Notes: generated from the letters alone by a model not told the origin. A stretch of DNA of 64,000 bases from Polyangiales bacterium (GCA_038231275.1 JBBRLQ010000032.1:1-64000), one strand, 5' to 3'. Counted from the stretch's first letter, positions 9,318 to 19,751 are shown. Translations and numbers: made by a program.

Positions 9318-12143
9318 ATGACAGACGGGCACGACGGCGACGGCGACCGAACGCGTACGGCCTCGCACGCGGGCGACGTGAGCGGGCGAGGGGAGATCTT
9401 GACGGCGCCCGAGGGCACCCCGCTGCGCCGTGACGCCGCGGATCTCGCGCGCCTGCGCGTCGTCCGGCGCGAGGACTACGAGGTGCGCGGCGAGCTGGCG
9501 TCGGGCGGCATGGGAAGGATCCTGGAGGCGTGGGACACGCGTCACGAGCGCCCCGTCGCGATCAAGATGCGCCTCGAAGGGGCGACCGACTCGCGCCGCT
9601 TCGCCCGCGAGATCCACATCACTGGCCGCCTCCAGCACCCCTCGATCGTTCCGCTCTACGAGGCCGGCCGGTGGCCCTCGGGCGAGCCGTTCTTCGCCAT
9701 GAAGCTCGTCCTCGGCGAGTCGCTCGCCCGCGTCGTCGACGGCACGCAATCGTGGACAGAGAGGCTCGCGCTCCTGCCGCACCTGATCGCCGTCGCCGAC
9801 GCGCTCGCGTATGCGCACGAGCAGCACGTCGTTCACCGTGATTTGAAGCCGTCCAACGTGATCGTCGGTGCGTTCGGCGAGACGGTCGTCGTCGACTGGG
9901 GTCTGGCGAAACACGTCGATGATCCCGACGAAGAAGGGGAGTCGGAGGCCCCTCGGATCGGCGAGGACGGCGATCTGACGCAGCACGGGCGCGCGCTCGG
10001 CACCCCTTGCTACATGCCGCCCGAGCAGGCCCGCGGCGACGCAGTGGATCTCCGTGCCGACGTGTACGCGCTCGGCGCGCTCCTCTACCACGTGCTCGCG
10101 GGCGTGCCGCCGTACCGCGGGGATTCGGCCGTAGCGACGCTCGAGAAGGTGCGCACCGCGCCGCCCGTACCGCTCGGAGAGGTGGTGCCCGAGCTGCCGT
10201 CCGATCTCGCCGCGATCGTCACCAAGGCGATGGCGCGCGATCCGGCCGAGCGCTACCCGAGCGCGAAGGGGCTCGCGGAGGATCTGAAACGGTTCGCGAC
10301 CGGGCAGCTCGTCTCCGTGCACGCGTACTCGGCGGGCGAGCTCCTCCGCCGCTGGGCCTCGCGTCGCCGGGCCCCGCTGCTCGTCGCCGCTGCGATGCTC
10401 GCGGTGCTCGCGTTGACCGCGACGATGAGCGTCTTGCGCATCGTGCGCGAGCGCGATCGCGCGGATCACGCCAAAATCGAGGCCGATCGTCAAAGGAGCG
10501 TGGCCGTTACCCAGCGCGACGCCGCCGAGCGCATCGTCGAGTTCGTCATCGGCACGCTGAAGGAGCGTCTCGAACCGCTGGGGAAGCTCCAGCTCCTCGC
10601 CGGCGTCGGGCGCGAGGTCGAGGGGTACTACGACAAGGTGGCATCCGGCGCGGAGGACGTCGACGCCACTGCGCTCGCGCGCCGCGCCGCCGCGCTCCAG
10701 ACCCTCGGGGACGTGGAGGCTCGGAAGCTGGACGACGAGCAAGCCTTGTCGCTCTTTCTGGCGAGCCTGACCATGACCGAGCGCGCGCTCGCGAAGGACC
10801 CGACCAACGTCGACGCGCGGTCGACGCGCGTCTTGGACTTCTTGCGCATCGGCACGGTGCTCCACGGCCGCGGCGAGCTCGATGAGGCGCTGCGCCACTA
10901 CGGGGACGGTGCGCGCGAGGCGTCCAGTCTGGTCGCAGCGCACCCCGAGCTTCCGAACGCGCACGTGCTCGCCGCGAAGATGCAGGCGGGCCTCGGGTAC
11001 GCGAACTACGAGCTCGCCGATCTCGACGCGGCGGACGCGGCCTACGCGAAGGAGGTCGAGGCCGTGCGCGCGCTCGTCGCCCGTGATCCGACCGACGCCT
11101 GGCGTGCGCGCCTCGCGTGGGCGCTCATCGATCGGCAGTCGACGCAGTTCGAGACCGGCCATAGCGCGGACGCGCGCGTCTCTGCTGCCGAGGCGCTCGC
11201 GATTTCCGAAGCGCTCACGACGAAAGATCCTGCGAACAGCGACGCGCTCAGCGTGCGCGCGTGGGCGGAGGGGTTCCTGTCTTCCCTCGAGGGCCATCGC
11301 GGAAACGTCGAGACCGCCGCCCGCATGGGCCTGCGCGCGCGCGCCTCCCGCGCCGAGCTGACGCGCCGCGATCCCGAGAACACCGACTGGCAGCGCGACG
11401 CCCTGAACGCGGCGTACCACGTGTGCCGCACGCAGACCGCCATCGGTCGACCCGACGAGGCGCTGCGCGTGTGCATCCCCGCGCGCGACGAGATGCTGCG
11501 CCTCATTCGCGAGAAGAGCGTGCACTCGCTCGAGAAGGACGTGATCTGGCTCCACACCGAGATCGCCTCCGCCCACGCCGCGCGCAAGGAGTGGGCCCTC
11601 GCGCGGGCGTCCTACGACGCGTGCATCGCCTTCACGGAGCGCGCGAGCAAGGAGGGCCAGGGAGACCTCCAGGTGGGCCGCGATCAGGTCGCGTGCCGGG
11701 AGCGCGCGGCGATGGTCGATCTCGCGGTGGGCAACGTGGCGCTCGCGCAGAGCACCTACGAGGTGGCGCGCGACATGGGTGAGAAAGGCATGCGCGCGCG
11801 GCCGCGTGACATCTACCTCGCGGCCGCCGTGGCGAGGACGCGCGCGCTCGGCGGAGATCTCGCGCTCGCTCGGAAGGATTTCGCCGAGGCGCGGCGCCAC
11901 TTCGACGATGCGCTCGCGCTGGCGACGCCGCTCACCGCGAAAGATCCGGACGTCGTCGAGCTCGCTGCGACCGCCGCCCGCGCGCGCATCGGCGTCGCAC
12001 GGGTGTTGCGCGCGCAGGGGGACGCGGCGGGAGCGCGCGCCGTCGTCGCCGAGGGCCTCGCCGCCGCCGACGCGTGGCGAACGAGCGCGTTCCCCGGGCA
12101 GCGCGCCGTCGTCGAGGTGCTCCTCGTCGAATCGAGGCTGTGA
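9318..12143 (+). CDS. Ser/Thr protein kinase with TM segment and C-terminal TPR-like helical repeats
   Basis: LASGGMG, HRDLKPSN, DWG, GTPCYMPPEQ; TM LLVAAAMLAVLALTATMSVL; helical repeats with DP turns. Confidence 0.93.
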   Translation: MTDGHDGDGDRTRTASHAGDVSGRGEILTAPEGTPLRRDAADLARLRVVRREDYEVRGELASGGMGRILEAWDTRHERPVAIKMRLEGATDSRRFAREIHITGRLQHPSIVPLYEAGRWPSGEPFFAMKLVLGESLARVVDGTQSWTERLALLPHLIAVADALAYAHEQHVVHRDLKPSNVIVGAFGETVVVDWGLAKHVDDPDEEGESEAPRIGEDGDLTQHGRALGTPCYMPPEQARGDAVDLRADVYALGALLYHVLAGVPPYRGDSAVATLEKVRTAPPVPLGEVVPELPSDLAAIVTKAMARDPAERYPSAKGLAEDLKRFATGQLVSVHAYSAGELLRRWASRRRAPLLVAAAMLAVLALTATMSVLRIVRERDRADHAKIEADRQRSVAVTQRDAAERIVEFVIGTLKERLEPLGKLQLLAGVGREVEGYYDKVASGAEDVDATALARRAAALQTLGDVEARKLDDEQALSLFLASLTMTERALAKDPTNVDARSTRVLDFLRIGTVLHGRGELDEALRHYGDGAREASSLVAAHPELPNAHVLAAKMQAGLGYANYELADLDAADAAYAKEVEAVRALVARDPTDAWRARLAWALIDRQSTQFETGHSADARVSAAEALAISEALTTKDPANSDALSVRAWAEGFLSSLEGHRGNVETAARMGLRARASRAELTRRDPENTDWQRDALNAAYHVCRTQTAIGRPDEALRVCIPARDEMLRLIREKSVHSLEKDVIWLHTEIASAHAARKEWALARASYDACIAFTERASKEGQGDLQVGRDQVACRERAAMVDLAVGNVALAQSTYEVARDMGEKGMRARPRDIYLAAAVARTRALGGDLALARKDFAEARRHFDDALALATPLTAKDPDVVELAATAARARIGVARVLRAQGDAAGARAVVAEGLAAADAWRTSAFPGQRAVVEVLLVESRL

Positions 12144-12190
12144 CACCCCCGTCCGCGAAGCGCGACACCAGGCCCTCGGCGCGTGACACC
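12139..12190 (+). promoter_or_regulatory. Three phased direct repeats YGYGACACC, candidate enhancer
   Basis: GACACC cores at 12142, 12164 and 12185 (22- and 21-bp spacing), upstream of a sigma54 motif. Confidence 0.45.
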
Positions 12191-12216
12191 TGCGCAATCG
12201 ACCGGTAAATACCGCC

Positions 12217-12232
12217 TGGCGCGCCGCGTGCT
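12217..12232 (+). promoter_or_regulatory. Putative sigma54 promoter
   Basis: TGGCGCGCCGCGTGCT fits GG-N10-GC, 12 nt upstream of ATG 12245. Confidence 0.55.
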
Positions 12233-12244
12233 CTGGCGGTGGCC

Positions 12245-14689
12245 ATGAAACGCGTCCTCCCGCACCTCGCCCTCCTCCCTCTCGTGTGCCTCGCCTGCAC
12301 CGCGACCACCAGTGACACGTCGCCGCCGGGCGAAACGTCGTCGGAGCTCGACACGGTGTTTCCCGGCGGCATCGTCGGTACCCCCTTCACCGCGGCGTTC
12401 GCGCAGAATTGGGATGATCTCGGCGCGACCACGGACGACACGAAGTGCCGCGGGTGCGGGACGACTCCTGACTTCGATCCGGCGTCCCAGGCGACGACCA
12501 CGCTGGCGAGCGGGACGTTTGCAGAATACACAGGGTCGATCACGCCGTGGGCCCCCGGCGCAGGCGGTCTCAAGGCGACGTACGCGGCCGCGGCCGCTGC
12601 GGGCGATGCCATCTTCGCGGGCGGCTCGTCGTTCAACAACGTGGACGCCGAGCTCAACGACGTAGTGACGGATCTCAACCGAATCTGCGACGTGCTCAAC
12701 GTCGGCTGCGTCATCAAAAAGGACGATACCGAGACGTCGCGATGGGCGCGCGCCTTCCCCAAGGTGCAGGGCCGCCACCTCATCGCCGCGTACCGCACCG
12801 GCACCGACGGCCTCGATCGGCTGGAAGCCTACCGGACCCCGCGCGCGTTCGGCGAGCTGCGGTCGCGCGCGGCGAAGACCTACTGCGCGATGCGCCAGGC
12901 CGCCTCCGCGCAGCAGTCGTACACCGACGACGCGTACACGCTCGAGGACGGCTCCTACAAGGACTTCGCCTTCTGGACGCTCGGCAAGACCGGCGCGAGC
13001 GTGAAGATCATGCCACCGCAAAAATTCACGAGCGACCGCGAGTCGGAGGCCTTCGTGATGCCGATCACCCTCGCGGGCTGGCCCAACCCGATCTCCGGCT
13101 TCGCGATGCCGAACTTCGATCAGCTGAGCCACCGCATGGCGTGGGTCTCGGGAGATCGCGAGATCCTCTCCGCCGAAGACCCGGGCATCGTCCACGATCG
13201 CGTGTGCGTCTCGTCACCGTTTGGCGAGTTTTGCCGGCCCATCAGCTACCGCACGAACCGAAAGGCGTACCGAAACCTCGAGCACGTCGACGTCTTCTCG
13301 GGCGAGAAGGTCGCCGGGCACGTGAGCGTCGACAAGATCCCCGTCTTTATGGTGCCGCCGTACTTCAACCTGACGATGGGCGGCGACATCTACGTGAACG
13401 GCGGACAGGTGGACGACGGCTCGCCCGCCGCGGCGGGGCGCGTGCGAGTTCCCGGCTACGACGGCCTCGCGCCGCGAGGGACGACGTTCGACGAGATCGG
13501 CACGCCGTCCCTCGCGGCGGACGGTCCGCTCGCCCTCAACGGTCCGTTCGTCGTCATCGGCGGGAGGAGCCTCATCAACACGGCGGCCACCGGCTTCGCG
13601 CCCCTCACGCGCTGGAAGCAGGACGACGATCGCTCGGTGACGATCTACGACCAGGTACAGGAAGACCTCCACCTCGACGCGACGCTCGGCATCAAGTTCG
13701 GGCCGGTCGCCGTGGGGCTCAACGCGCACTCGAAGCTGAACGTCACGCAGACTCAGAACGTCACATTGCGCGAGCAGCTGAGCCTCGTCGACGGCAACAA
13801 TACGAAGCCCGTCGCGAGCGGCGCGTTCATCCCTCAGACGAACCTCGTCGTCGTGCCGCAGTCGAATTTTCACGCCACGTGGGAGCCGATCAAGCTCGTC
13901 CTCTCGATGACGCTCGATTTCGATCTCGACCTCTTGCTTGGGACCATCCACATTCACCTCGGCTGGGACGTTCCGATCTACACCTCGCCGGATGTCACGC
14001 TCGGCGACAACACGATCCTCGCGACCGACGAGGTCAAGCGCCTGCGCGTCGGCGAGTACACGGACGTGGGCGAGACCGCGTTCGACGGCGCGCACGCCGG
14101 GCCGTCGGTATATTCGCACGTCCCGAACCACACCAACGTGTTCGCGTCGTTCCCGCCGCCGGGCTCCCCGCTCGCAGGCGACACGGTCTCCTCGTGCCTC
14201 GCCGATCCGAAGGGGCCGTCCGATCCTCCGACGCCCCCGCCGCACACGCCCCCGCCGGGACCGGGCGTCGGAGCCCTTTGCGCGGTGGGGCCTGCGCTCG
14301 CGGGACCGAACGCCACGAGCCCTGTCCCCGCAACGTTGTGCACGAGCAGCGCAGACCTCGAGGCCTACGCGCAGACCATCGCCGACAGTTGGTTCGCGAA
14401 CAGCAGCGATCCGGCGCGCCTCGCGACGCAGAAAGATCTCGAGAAGCAGTGCCTCCGCAAAGTCGCCGCGTACCTCTGCTCGGGCACCTCGAAGCTCGTC
14501 TCGGGGCCGGCCATCTCGCACGTGATGTCGACGACCCCCGACGCGAGTCGTTGGGGCGATCTCCAGGAACAGTGCATCAAGGCGTTCTCGATGGGCACCA
14601 CCGAGGCCGCCGCGCCGAGCGTGACCGATCTCGTGTCGCGGACGCTGATGCCCATCACGCTCTGCAAGCCCGACGGGACGCCGTACTGA
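12245..14689 (+). CDS. Large hypothetical lipoprotein (beta-rich core, Pro linker, Cys-containing C-terminal domain)
   Basis: MKRVLPHLALLPLVCLAC lipobox; 814-aa ORF with strong GC3 bias; no family recognised. Confidence 0.85.
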   Translation: MKRVLPHLALLPLVCLACTATTSDTSPPGETSSELDTVFPGGIVGTPFTAAFAQNWDDLGATTDDTKCRGCGTTPDFDPASQATTTLASGTFAEYTGSITPWAPGAGGLKATYAAAAAAGDAIFAGGSSFNNVDAELNDVVTDLNRICDVLNVGCVIKKDDTETSRWARAFPKVQGRHLIAAYRTGTDGLDRLEAYRTPRAFGELRSRAAKTYCAMRQAASAQQSYTDDAYTLEDGSYKDFAFWTLGKTGASVKIMPPQKFTSDRESEAFVMPITLAGWPNPISGFAMPNFDQLSHRMAWVSGDREILSAEDPGIVHDRVCVSSPFGEFCRPISYRTNRKAYRNLEHVDVFSGEKVAGHVSVDKIPVFMVPPYFNLTMGGDIYVNGGQVDDGSPAAAGRVRVPGYDGLAPRGTTFDEIGTPSLAADGPLALNGPFVVIGGRSLINTAATGFAPLTRWKQDDDRSVTIYDQVQEDLHLDATLGIKFGPVAVGLNAHSKLNVTQTQNVTLREQLSLVDGNNTKPVASGAFIPQTNLVVVPQSNFHATWEPIKLVLSMTLDFDLDLLLGTIHIHLGWDVPIYTSPDVTLGDNTILATDEVKRLRVGEYTDVGETAFDGAHAGPSVYSHVPNHTNVFASFPPPGSPLAGDTVSSCLADPKGPSDPPTPPPHTPPPGPGVGALCAVGPALAGPNATSPVPATLCTSSADLEAYAQTIADSWFANSSDPARLATQKDLEKQCLRKVAAYLCSGTSKLVSGPAISHVMSTTPDASRWGDLQEQCIKAFSMGTTEAAAPSVTDLVSRTLMPITLCKPDGTPY

Positions 14690-14877
14690 CATCGATCGGT
14701 CGACGAGTGATCGAATCGATCACCGTCCGCGTTCGCGGAGCCGGCCGCGGCGACTCGCGAGCGGCTCCGCCGAACGTCGCGAAAACGAGCCATTTTTCCC
14801 CATGATCGTGCACCCTGTCGCACAGGTCCGACCCTTGCTTGGTCGGAGTCGGACGTTGCGCTTGGGAGACCCTCGAA

Positions 14878-16281
14878 ATGGCACGACACGCTTTCGCGAT
14901 CCACCACCTTGACGGCGCGCGCCTTCGCACGGCGGCGCTGCTGTCGATGCTCGCCGTGTCCGCTGCGTGCTCGGGGACGGCGCAAGAGACCGCGGGCGGT
15001 GGTGTGGACGCGGGAGAGGAGATCGACGGGAGTCTCGCCGACGCGGACCTTGGCGACGCGGCCTCGAGCGCCGAGGCATCGACCGACGCCCCGTCGGGAG
15101 GCGACGCCGGACCGGACGCGCGCGGCACTGACATGCCCATCAAATACATCGTGGTGATCGTCAAAGAGAACCACACGTTCGACAACTACTTCGCCGGCTT
15201 TCCGGGCGCGGACAGCAGCCTCACCGCGAAGATGTCGAACGGCAAGGTCATCACGCGCCCTCTGGCTCCCGCGAGCGGTCTCGTGCACGACATCTCGCAC
15301 TCGCACACGTCCGCGATGACGGCGTTTCGCGGCGGCGCGATGGATGGCTTCGATCTGGTCGCCGGTGGCAACTTTGGGAACCCGCCCGACGAGATGTCCT
15401 TCATCCGCTACTCCGAGGCCCAACTGCCGAACTACTGGCAGTACGCCCGTCACTTCGTGCTCGCCGATCACTTCTTCTCGTCGACGTTCGGGCCGAGCTT
15501 CCCCGGGCACTTCGCGGTCACTGCGGGCTTCAACGTCTCGCTCGACAACCCCACGTGCTCGTGCGGCGGGACCTGCACGGTGTCGGTCTTCGATCCGACG
15601 ACGTGCACGATCAGCCAGGCTCCTCCGTGCTGGACCGCGCCGTCGATCGTCGAGGAGCTGCCGACCGGCTTCACCTGGGCCGAGTACGGCGTGCCGACGC
15701 TGAAGAGCATCAAGTCGGTGAGCGCGCTGCCGAACGTCGCGGCGAATTTTCGAACGCGGACGCAGTTCAACGCCGACATCAAGGGAGCGACCCAGCCCAA
15801 CCTGATGGTCCTCCACGTGCAAGGTGCCGTGAGCGAGCATCCGCCGGCGATCGGGACGACGACGCTCCACATTTGTCCGGGAGAGAACGACTCGGTGTCG
15901 ATCTTGAACGAGATCATGAGCGGTCCGCACTGGAACGAGACCGCGGTGCTCCTCTCGTGGGACGACTGGGGTGGGTTCTACGACTCGGTGAAGCCGCCCG
16001 CCGCGAAGTGCGCCAACGGGGACTACATGACACCGGGGTTCCGCCTCCCGCTGATCGTGATGTCGCCGTATGCCAAGCCCGGCTACGTGCTGAAGACGGT
16101 CACCGAGCAGACGTCGATCGTTCGGCTGGTGGAGGATCTCTGGCACCTGCCGAGGATGCACCCGCGTGACGCGCGCATCCACGACGACACCGTGGGCAGC
16201 CTCCTCGGGGCCTTCGACTTCACCCAGGCGCCGCTCCCGCCGCTCGTCTTGCCGGCGCGCGACTGCACCGGGCAGCCGTGA
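14878..16281 (+). CDS. Phosphoesterase / phospholipase C family lipoprotein
   Basis: IKYIVVIVKENHTFDNYF, GPSFPGH, SEHP, WDDWGGFYD, GFRLPLIVMSPYAK; lipobox SAAC. Confidence 0.9.
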   Translation: MARHAFAIHHLDGARLRTAALLSMLAVSAACSGTAQETAGGGVDAGEEIDGSLADADLGDAASSAEASTDAPSGGDAGPDARGTDMPIKYIVVIVKENHTFDNYFAGFPGADSSLTAKMSNGKVITRPLAPASGLVHDISHSHTSAMTAFRGGAMDGFDLVAGGNFGNPPDEMSFIRYSEAQLPNYWQYARHFVLADHFFSSTFGPSFPGHFAVTAGFNVSLDNPTCSCGGTCTVSVFDPTTCTISQAPPCWTAPSIVEELPTGFTWAEYGVPTLKSIKSVSALPNVAANFRTRTQFNADIKGATQPNLMVLHVQGAVSEHPPAIGTTTLHICPGENDSVSILNEIMSGPHWNETAVLLSWDDWGGFYDSVKPPAAKCANGDYMTPGFRLPLIVMSPYAKPGYVLKTVTEQTSIVRLVEDLWHLPRMHPRDARIHDDTVGSLLGAFDFTQAPLPPLVLPARDCTGQP

Positions 16282-16297
16282 TCGGGGCAGCCGTCGA

Positions 16298-17248
16298 TCA
16301 CAAAATGCGCTTCAAAACAGCCGGATCGGCGTTTCCTCCGCTGACCACGCACACGACGCGCGCGCCGCCTTGGACGTGGACCGCCTTCACGAGCAGCGCC
16401 GCGTAAGCCGCCGCGCCGCTGGGCTCCGCGGCGAGCTTCGCGCGCTCCATCACGAGCCGGAGCGCCTGCGCGATGTCGTCCTCGCTCACGCGGACCATCT
16501 CGTCGACGAACGCCTTCACGTGCCGGAGGTTGTGTGCGCCGGCGAACGGGGCGGCGAGGCCGTCGGCGATCGTCTTGGGGTACGCGATGTGGAGCGGCTC
16601 TCCCTTGGCGAGGCTCTGCGTCATGACGTCGGCGGCGAACGGCTCGACGCCGATCACCTTGGCCTGTGGGCGTAGTGCTTTGATCGCCGCGGCGACGCCG
16701 CTGATGAGGCCGCCGCCGCCGACGGGGACGATCACCACGTCGACGTCGGGGACGTCCTCGACGATCTCGAGGCCCAGGGTCCCGTGTCCGGCGATGACCT
16801 CGAGATCGTCGAAGGGGTGAACGAACGTCATCTTCCGCGCGCGTTCGATCTCGCGCGCCGCCTCGAGGACGCTCGCGCCGGTGAGGACCACTTCTCCGCC
16901 GTAGCCTCGGGTCGCCGCGATCTTGGTCGGCACCGCTCCCTCCGGCATCACGATGACGGCGTGCGTTCCGCTGGCCCGCGCCGCGAAGGCGAGCGCCGCC
17001 GCGTGATTCCCAGCCGAGCACGAGACGAAGCCGCGCGCGCGCTCCTCCGGCGAGAGCGAGAGCACACGATTGAAGACGCCGCGCACTTTGAACGATCCGG
17101 TCTTCTGGAACAGCTCCGCCTTCAACGACAGGCGCACGCCCACCATGTCGCCGAGCGCCGTCGCCGAGAGCATCGGCGTGCGGTGGACGCGATCGCCGAT
17201 CCGCGCGCGCGCGCGCTCGATGTCGGCGAGACCGACGAGCTCGCTCAC
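16298..17248 (-). CDS. PLP-dependent threonine/serine dehydratase
   Basis: KAELFQKTGSFKVRG, SAGNHA, VPVGGGGLISG, EPSGA, SGGN. Confidence 0.95.
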   Translation of the reverse strand: MSELVGLADIERARARIGDRVHRTPMLSATALGDMVGVRLSLKAELFQKTGSFKVRGVFNRVLSLSPEERARGFVSCSAGNHAAALAFAARASGTHAVIVMPEGAVPTKIAATRGYGGEVVLTGASVLEAAREIERARKMTFVHPFDDLEVIAGHGTLGLEIVEDVPDVDVVIVPVGGGGLISGVAAAIKALRPQAKVIGVEPFAADVMTQSLAKGEPLHIAYPKTIADGLAAPFAGAHNLRHVKAFVDEMVRVSEDDIAQALRLVMERAKLAAEPSGAAAYAALLVKAVHVQGGARVVCVVSGGNADPAVLKRIL

Positions 17249-17715
17249 GGCGCGCGCTCGGTCAGCGCGAAGATCGCTTCCACCTCGACGGCGATCCCGG
17301 CGGGCAGACCGACGGTGCCGACCGCGCTGCGCGCCGCGAGGCCGGCGTCCCCGAAGACCTGCACCATGAGATCGGAGAAGCCGTTGATCACCTGCGGGTG
17401 GTCCGTGAACTCCGGCGTCGCGTTGACCATGCCGAGGACCTTCACCACGCGCGCGACGCGGTCGAGCGAGCCGAGCTGCGCGCGCACGGTGGCGAGGACA
17501 GCGAGCGCCGTCAATCGCGCGGCCTCCTTGCCGGCGGCCACGTCGAGATCGGCCCCGAGCCGGCCGGTAACGTACGACCCGTCCACGCGGAGCGGCCCGT
17601 GCCCCGACGTGTAGAGCGTCCGCTCATGAACCACCGCGGTCGCGTAGGTGGCCATCGGCGCCGGCGTCGGCGGCAGCGTGAGCTTCAGTGCGGCGAATCG
17701 CGCTTCGTGGGTCAT
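17245..17715 (-). CDS. RidA/YjgF family imine deaminase
   Basis: LYTSGHGP, VINGFSDL, ARSAVG, VEVEAI; 4-bp overlap with the dehydratase. Confidence 0.92.
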   Translation of the reverse strand: MTHEARFAALKLTLPPTPAPMATYATAVVHERTLYTSGHGPLRVDGSYVTGRLGADLDVAAGKEAARLTALAVLATVRAQLGSLDRVARVVKVLGMVNATPEFTDHPQVINGFSDLMVQVFGDAGLAARSAVGTVGLPAGIAVEVEAIFALTERAP

Positions 17716-17744
17716 CCGCGCGTCTTACCCGCCCGCCGCCTCTG

Positions 17745-19751
17745 TCACAAGGCCGCATGTCCGGCTAGCCCCGCGAGCTCTGCGCGCAACGTGTCGATGC
17801 GTGTCTGGAGATCGTTGTCGAGCTGCGCGCTCCGTTCGAACATGAGGTCCAGCGCGGCGCTCACGTCGGCGAGGGGCGCCTTGCCCTTGCGGAACAGGCG
17901 AATCGTGTCGCCGTAGAGATCGCGGTGCAGCGTGTCGTGAACGATCGCCGCGGCGATCGCCTGGATGTCCGTCCGGTCAGGCGACATGAGCTCGAACGCG
18001 CGAAGGGCCTCGGCCTGCGTCTCTTGGTCCACGTTGTGCACGCGACCGACCGGCGAGGTGAGGACCGCGACGACGCGCGCCCGCGACGCCGGCGTGTCGT
18101 ATTTGCGGAGCGCGTTCAACGCCGCGGTCCGTGTCTCACGAGCGTCGTCGTCCGAGAGTCGCAAGAGGAGCGCTTCCTGCGCCGGCACGCCTGCGTTGCC
18201 GAGCGCCGTGATGTACGCGATCTTGGGAGAGCGTTTGCGCTCGTTGCTCTGGCTGCTCTCGTCCATTTTCTCGACCAAACGCCGACAAAGTCGCTCTGCG
18301 CCGTCGAGCCGCCGCGTCTGCATCATGTGCCCCGCGACGCTGCCGAGCGCGAACACGCTCGCCGTGCGCAGATCTTCGCTCGCCTGATCCTTCGGAGGGT
18401 CGGCGTGAAGGCGTTCGAACGTGTCCTGTGCGAACGCCACTGTCGCGTCGCTCGGGCTGCGGACGAGCGACACGCGTTGATAGAGCGAGACGTACTCCGG
18501 CAGCGCGCGCGTCCGCGGATCGCGGAGGCCTCGCACGAGCGCCTCCTGCACGACGTCGTTCCCTGCGCTCGCGAGGATGTCGAGCGTGAACGCTCGCCCT
18601 TCGTACGTCATCTTCGGCTCGTGGAGCGTCTCCACGAGCTGCGCGCCGATCTCCGGGTGCAGCTTGAGGAGGCCCGTCGCCCGATTGAAGAACTTCAGCT
18701 GATCGGGCGCCGTCGGACCGAGCACCGCCACCGCTCGCACGTGCGCGACGAGGCCCGCGGCGGTCAGCCCCTCGATCCGATCCTCGACGGCGCGTCGCTC
18801 CTCGGCGTCGTCGATCGTCTGCTCCCACGGCGCGTGCGCCGCGAACGTCGCGAGACGCGCCGGCGGTACTTCTCCTTCGCTGCTCCGACCTTCCTGAAGG
18901 TGCAGCGCAAAGCCATGGGTGGTCTCGAGGGCCGCGCTCCCGTCGTCGCCCTTCGTGAGACGCAGCGTCTCGGTGTCGGTCAGCTGCGAGAGGACACCGT
19001 CGGAGCGAAACGCGAAGAGCGCGCCCGAGTCGAGCTCTTGGCCGAAGTTCGCGAGATCGGTCCCCGGCGGCAGCCCGACGACCTGCGTGTACGCGACGCG
19101 CGCACGGTAGATCTGCCCGTCCGGCCGCAGCTCGTACTTGGTGCTCGCGGTGCCGAACGGCGTCGTCTCGGTCACGACCATGTCATGCCCTGTCGCCGCG
19201 TCCGCGCGCGCGTGGAGCATGACGCCGACGATGCGCTGCACGAAATTCTGGAAGCCCGGCGGCGCGTCGTCGGGGAAGCGGATCGATTGAAGCGCGCCGT
19301 CCGGGTGGACGACGAGGTACGCCGTACGACCCGCGAGCTGCTTCGCGAGCACCGCGCTCATCTGCGTCGACTTCGCGTCCTTCGCGAGCGGCCGCAGATC
19401 GTCGATCGACAGCGCGAGGACGCCGAGCCCGTCCCTCGGCACCAGGGCCGCGAACCGCAACGCCCCGCCGAGCCCGAGCGCGCCGCCGCCGAGGAGATCC
19501 GGCGTATTCGCGGCGCCGAAGAGGTGGTTCTCGGCGGAATGGCTCCACGTGAACCGGTAGGTCAGCACCTCTCCTTGCTTGGGCGCCGCGCGGAAGAGCG
19601 CTCCGTGGCGCGTCCCTCCGGCCAACGATGCCTCGGGGATGTGCGCGGCCGTGGACGTCGCCACTCCCTCCGGCGCGCTGCGCACGCGAAGTCCGTAGAA
19701 GACGACGAGGAACGCCGCCGCGCCGCCGAGGAGCCACCGCACCGCGTTCAT
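17745..19751 (-). CDS. Membrane-anchored protein with beta-rich N-domain and HEAT-like helical domain; resembles vitellogenin/MTP lipid-transport N-terminal module
   Basis: N-terminal TM; ETTPFGTASTKY; LDILASAG..QEAL, VFALGSV, YITALGNAG, RTAALNALR. Confidence 0.75.
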   Translation of the reverse strand: MNAVRWLLGGAAAFLVVFYGLRVRSAPEGVATSTAAHIPEASLAGGTRHGALFRAAPKQGEVLTYRFTWSHSAENHLFGAANTPDLLGGGALGLGGALRFAALVPRDGLGVLALSIDDLRPLAKDAKSTQMSAVLAKQLAGRTAYLVVHPDGALQSIRFPDDAPPGFQNFVQRIVGVMLHARADAATGHDMVVTETTPFGTASTKYELRPDGQIYRARVAYTQVVGLPPGTDLANFGQELDSGALFAFRSDGVLSQLTDTETLRLTKGDDGSAALETTHGFALHLQEGRSSEGEVPPARLATFAAHAPWEQTIDDAEERRAVEDRIEGLTAAGLVAHVRAVAVLGPTAPDQLKFFNRATGLLKLHPEIGAQLVETLHEPKMTYEGRAFTLDILASAGNDVVQEALVRGLRDPRTRALPEYVSLYQRVSLVRSPSDATVAFAQDTFERLHADPPKDQASEDLRTASVFALGSVAGHMMQTRRLDGAERLCRRLVEKMDESSQSNERKRSPKIAYITALGNAGVPAQEALLLRLSDDDARETRTAALNALRKYDTPASRARVVAVLTSPVGRVHNVDQETQAEALRAFELMSPDRTDIQAIAAAIVHDTLHRDLYGDTIRLFRKGKAPLADVSAALDLMFERSAQLDNDLQTRIDTLRAELAGLAGHAAL

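Noticed and set aside
9042..12197. Very long antisense or alternate-frame ORFs (for example 9042..12197 -, 34884..38054 -, 55429..58500 -, 21112..23790 -)
   Set aside because: Shadow ORFs typical of high-GC DNA; Arg/Ala-rich with no motifs, overlapping well-supported genes
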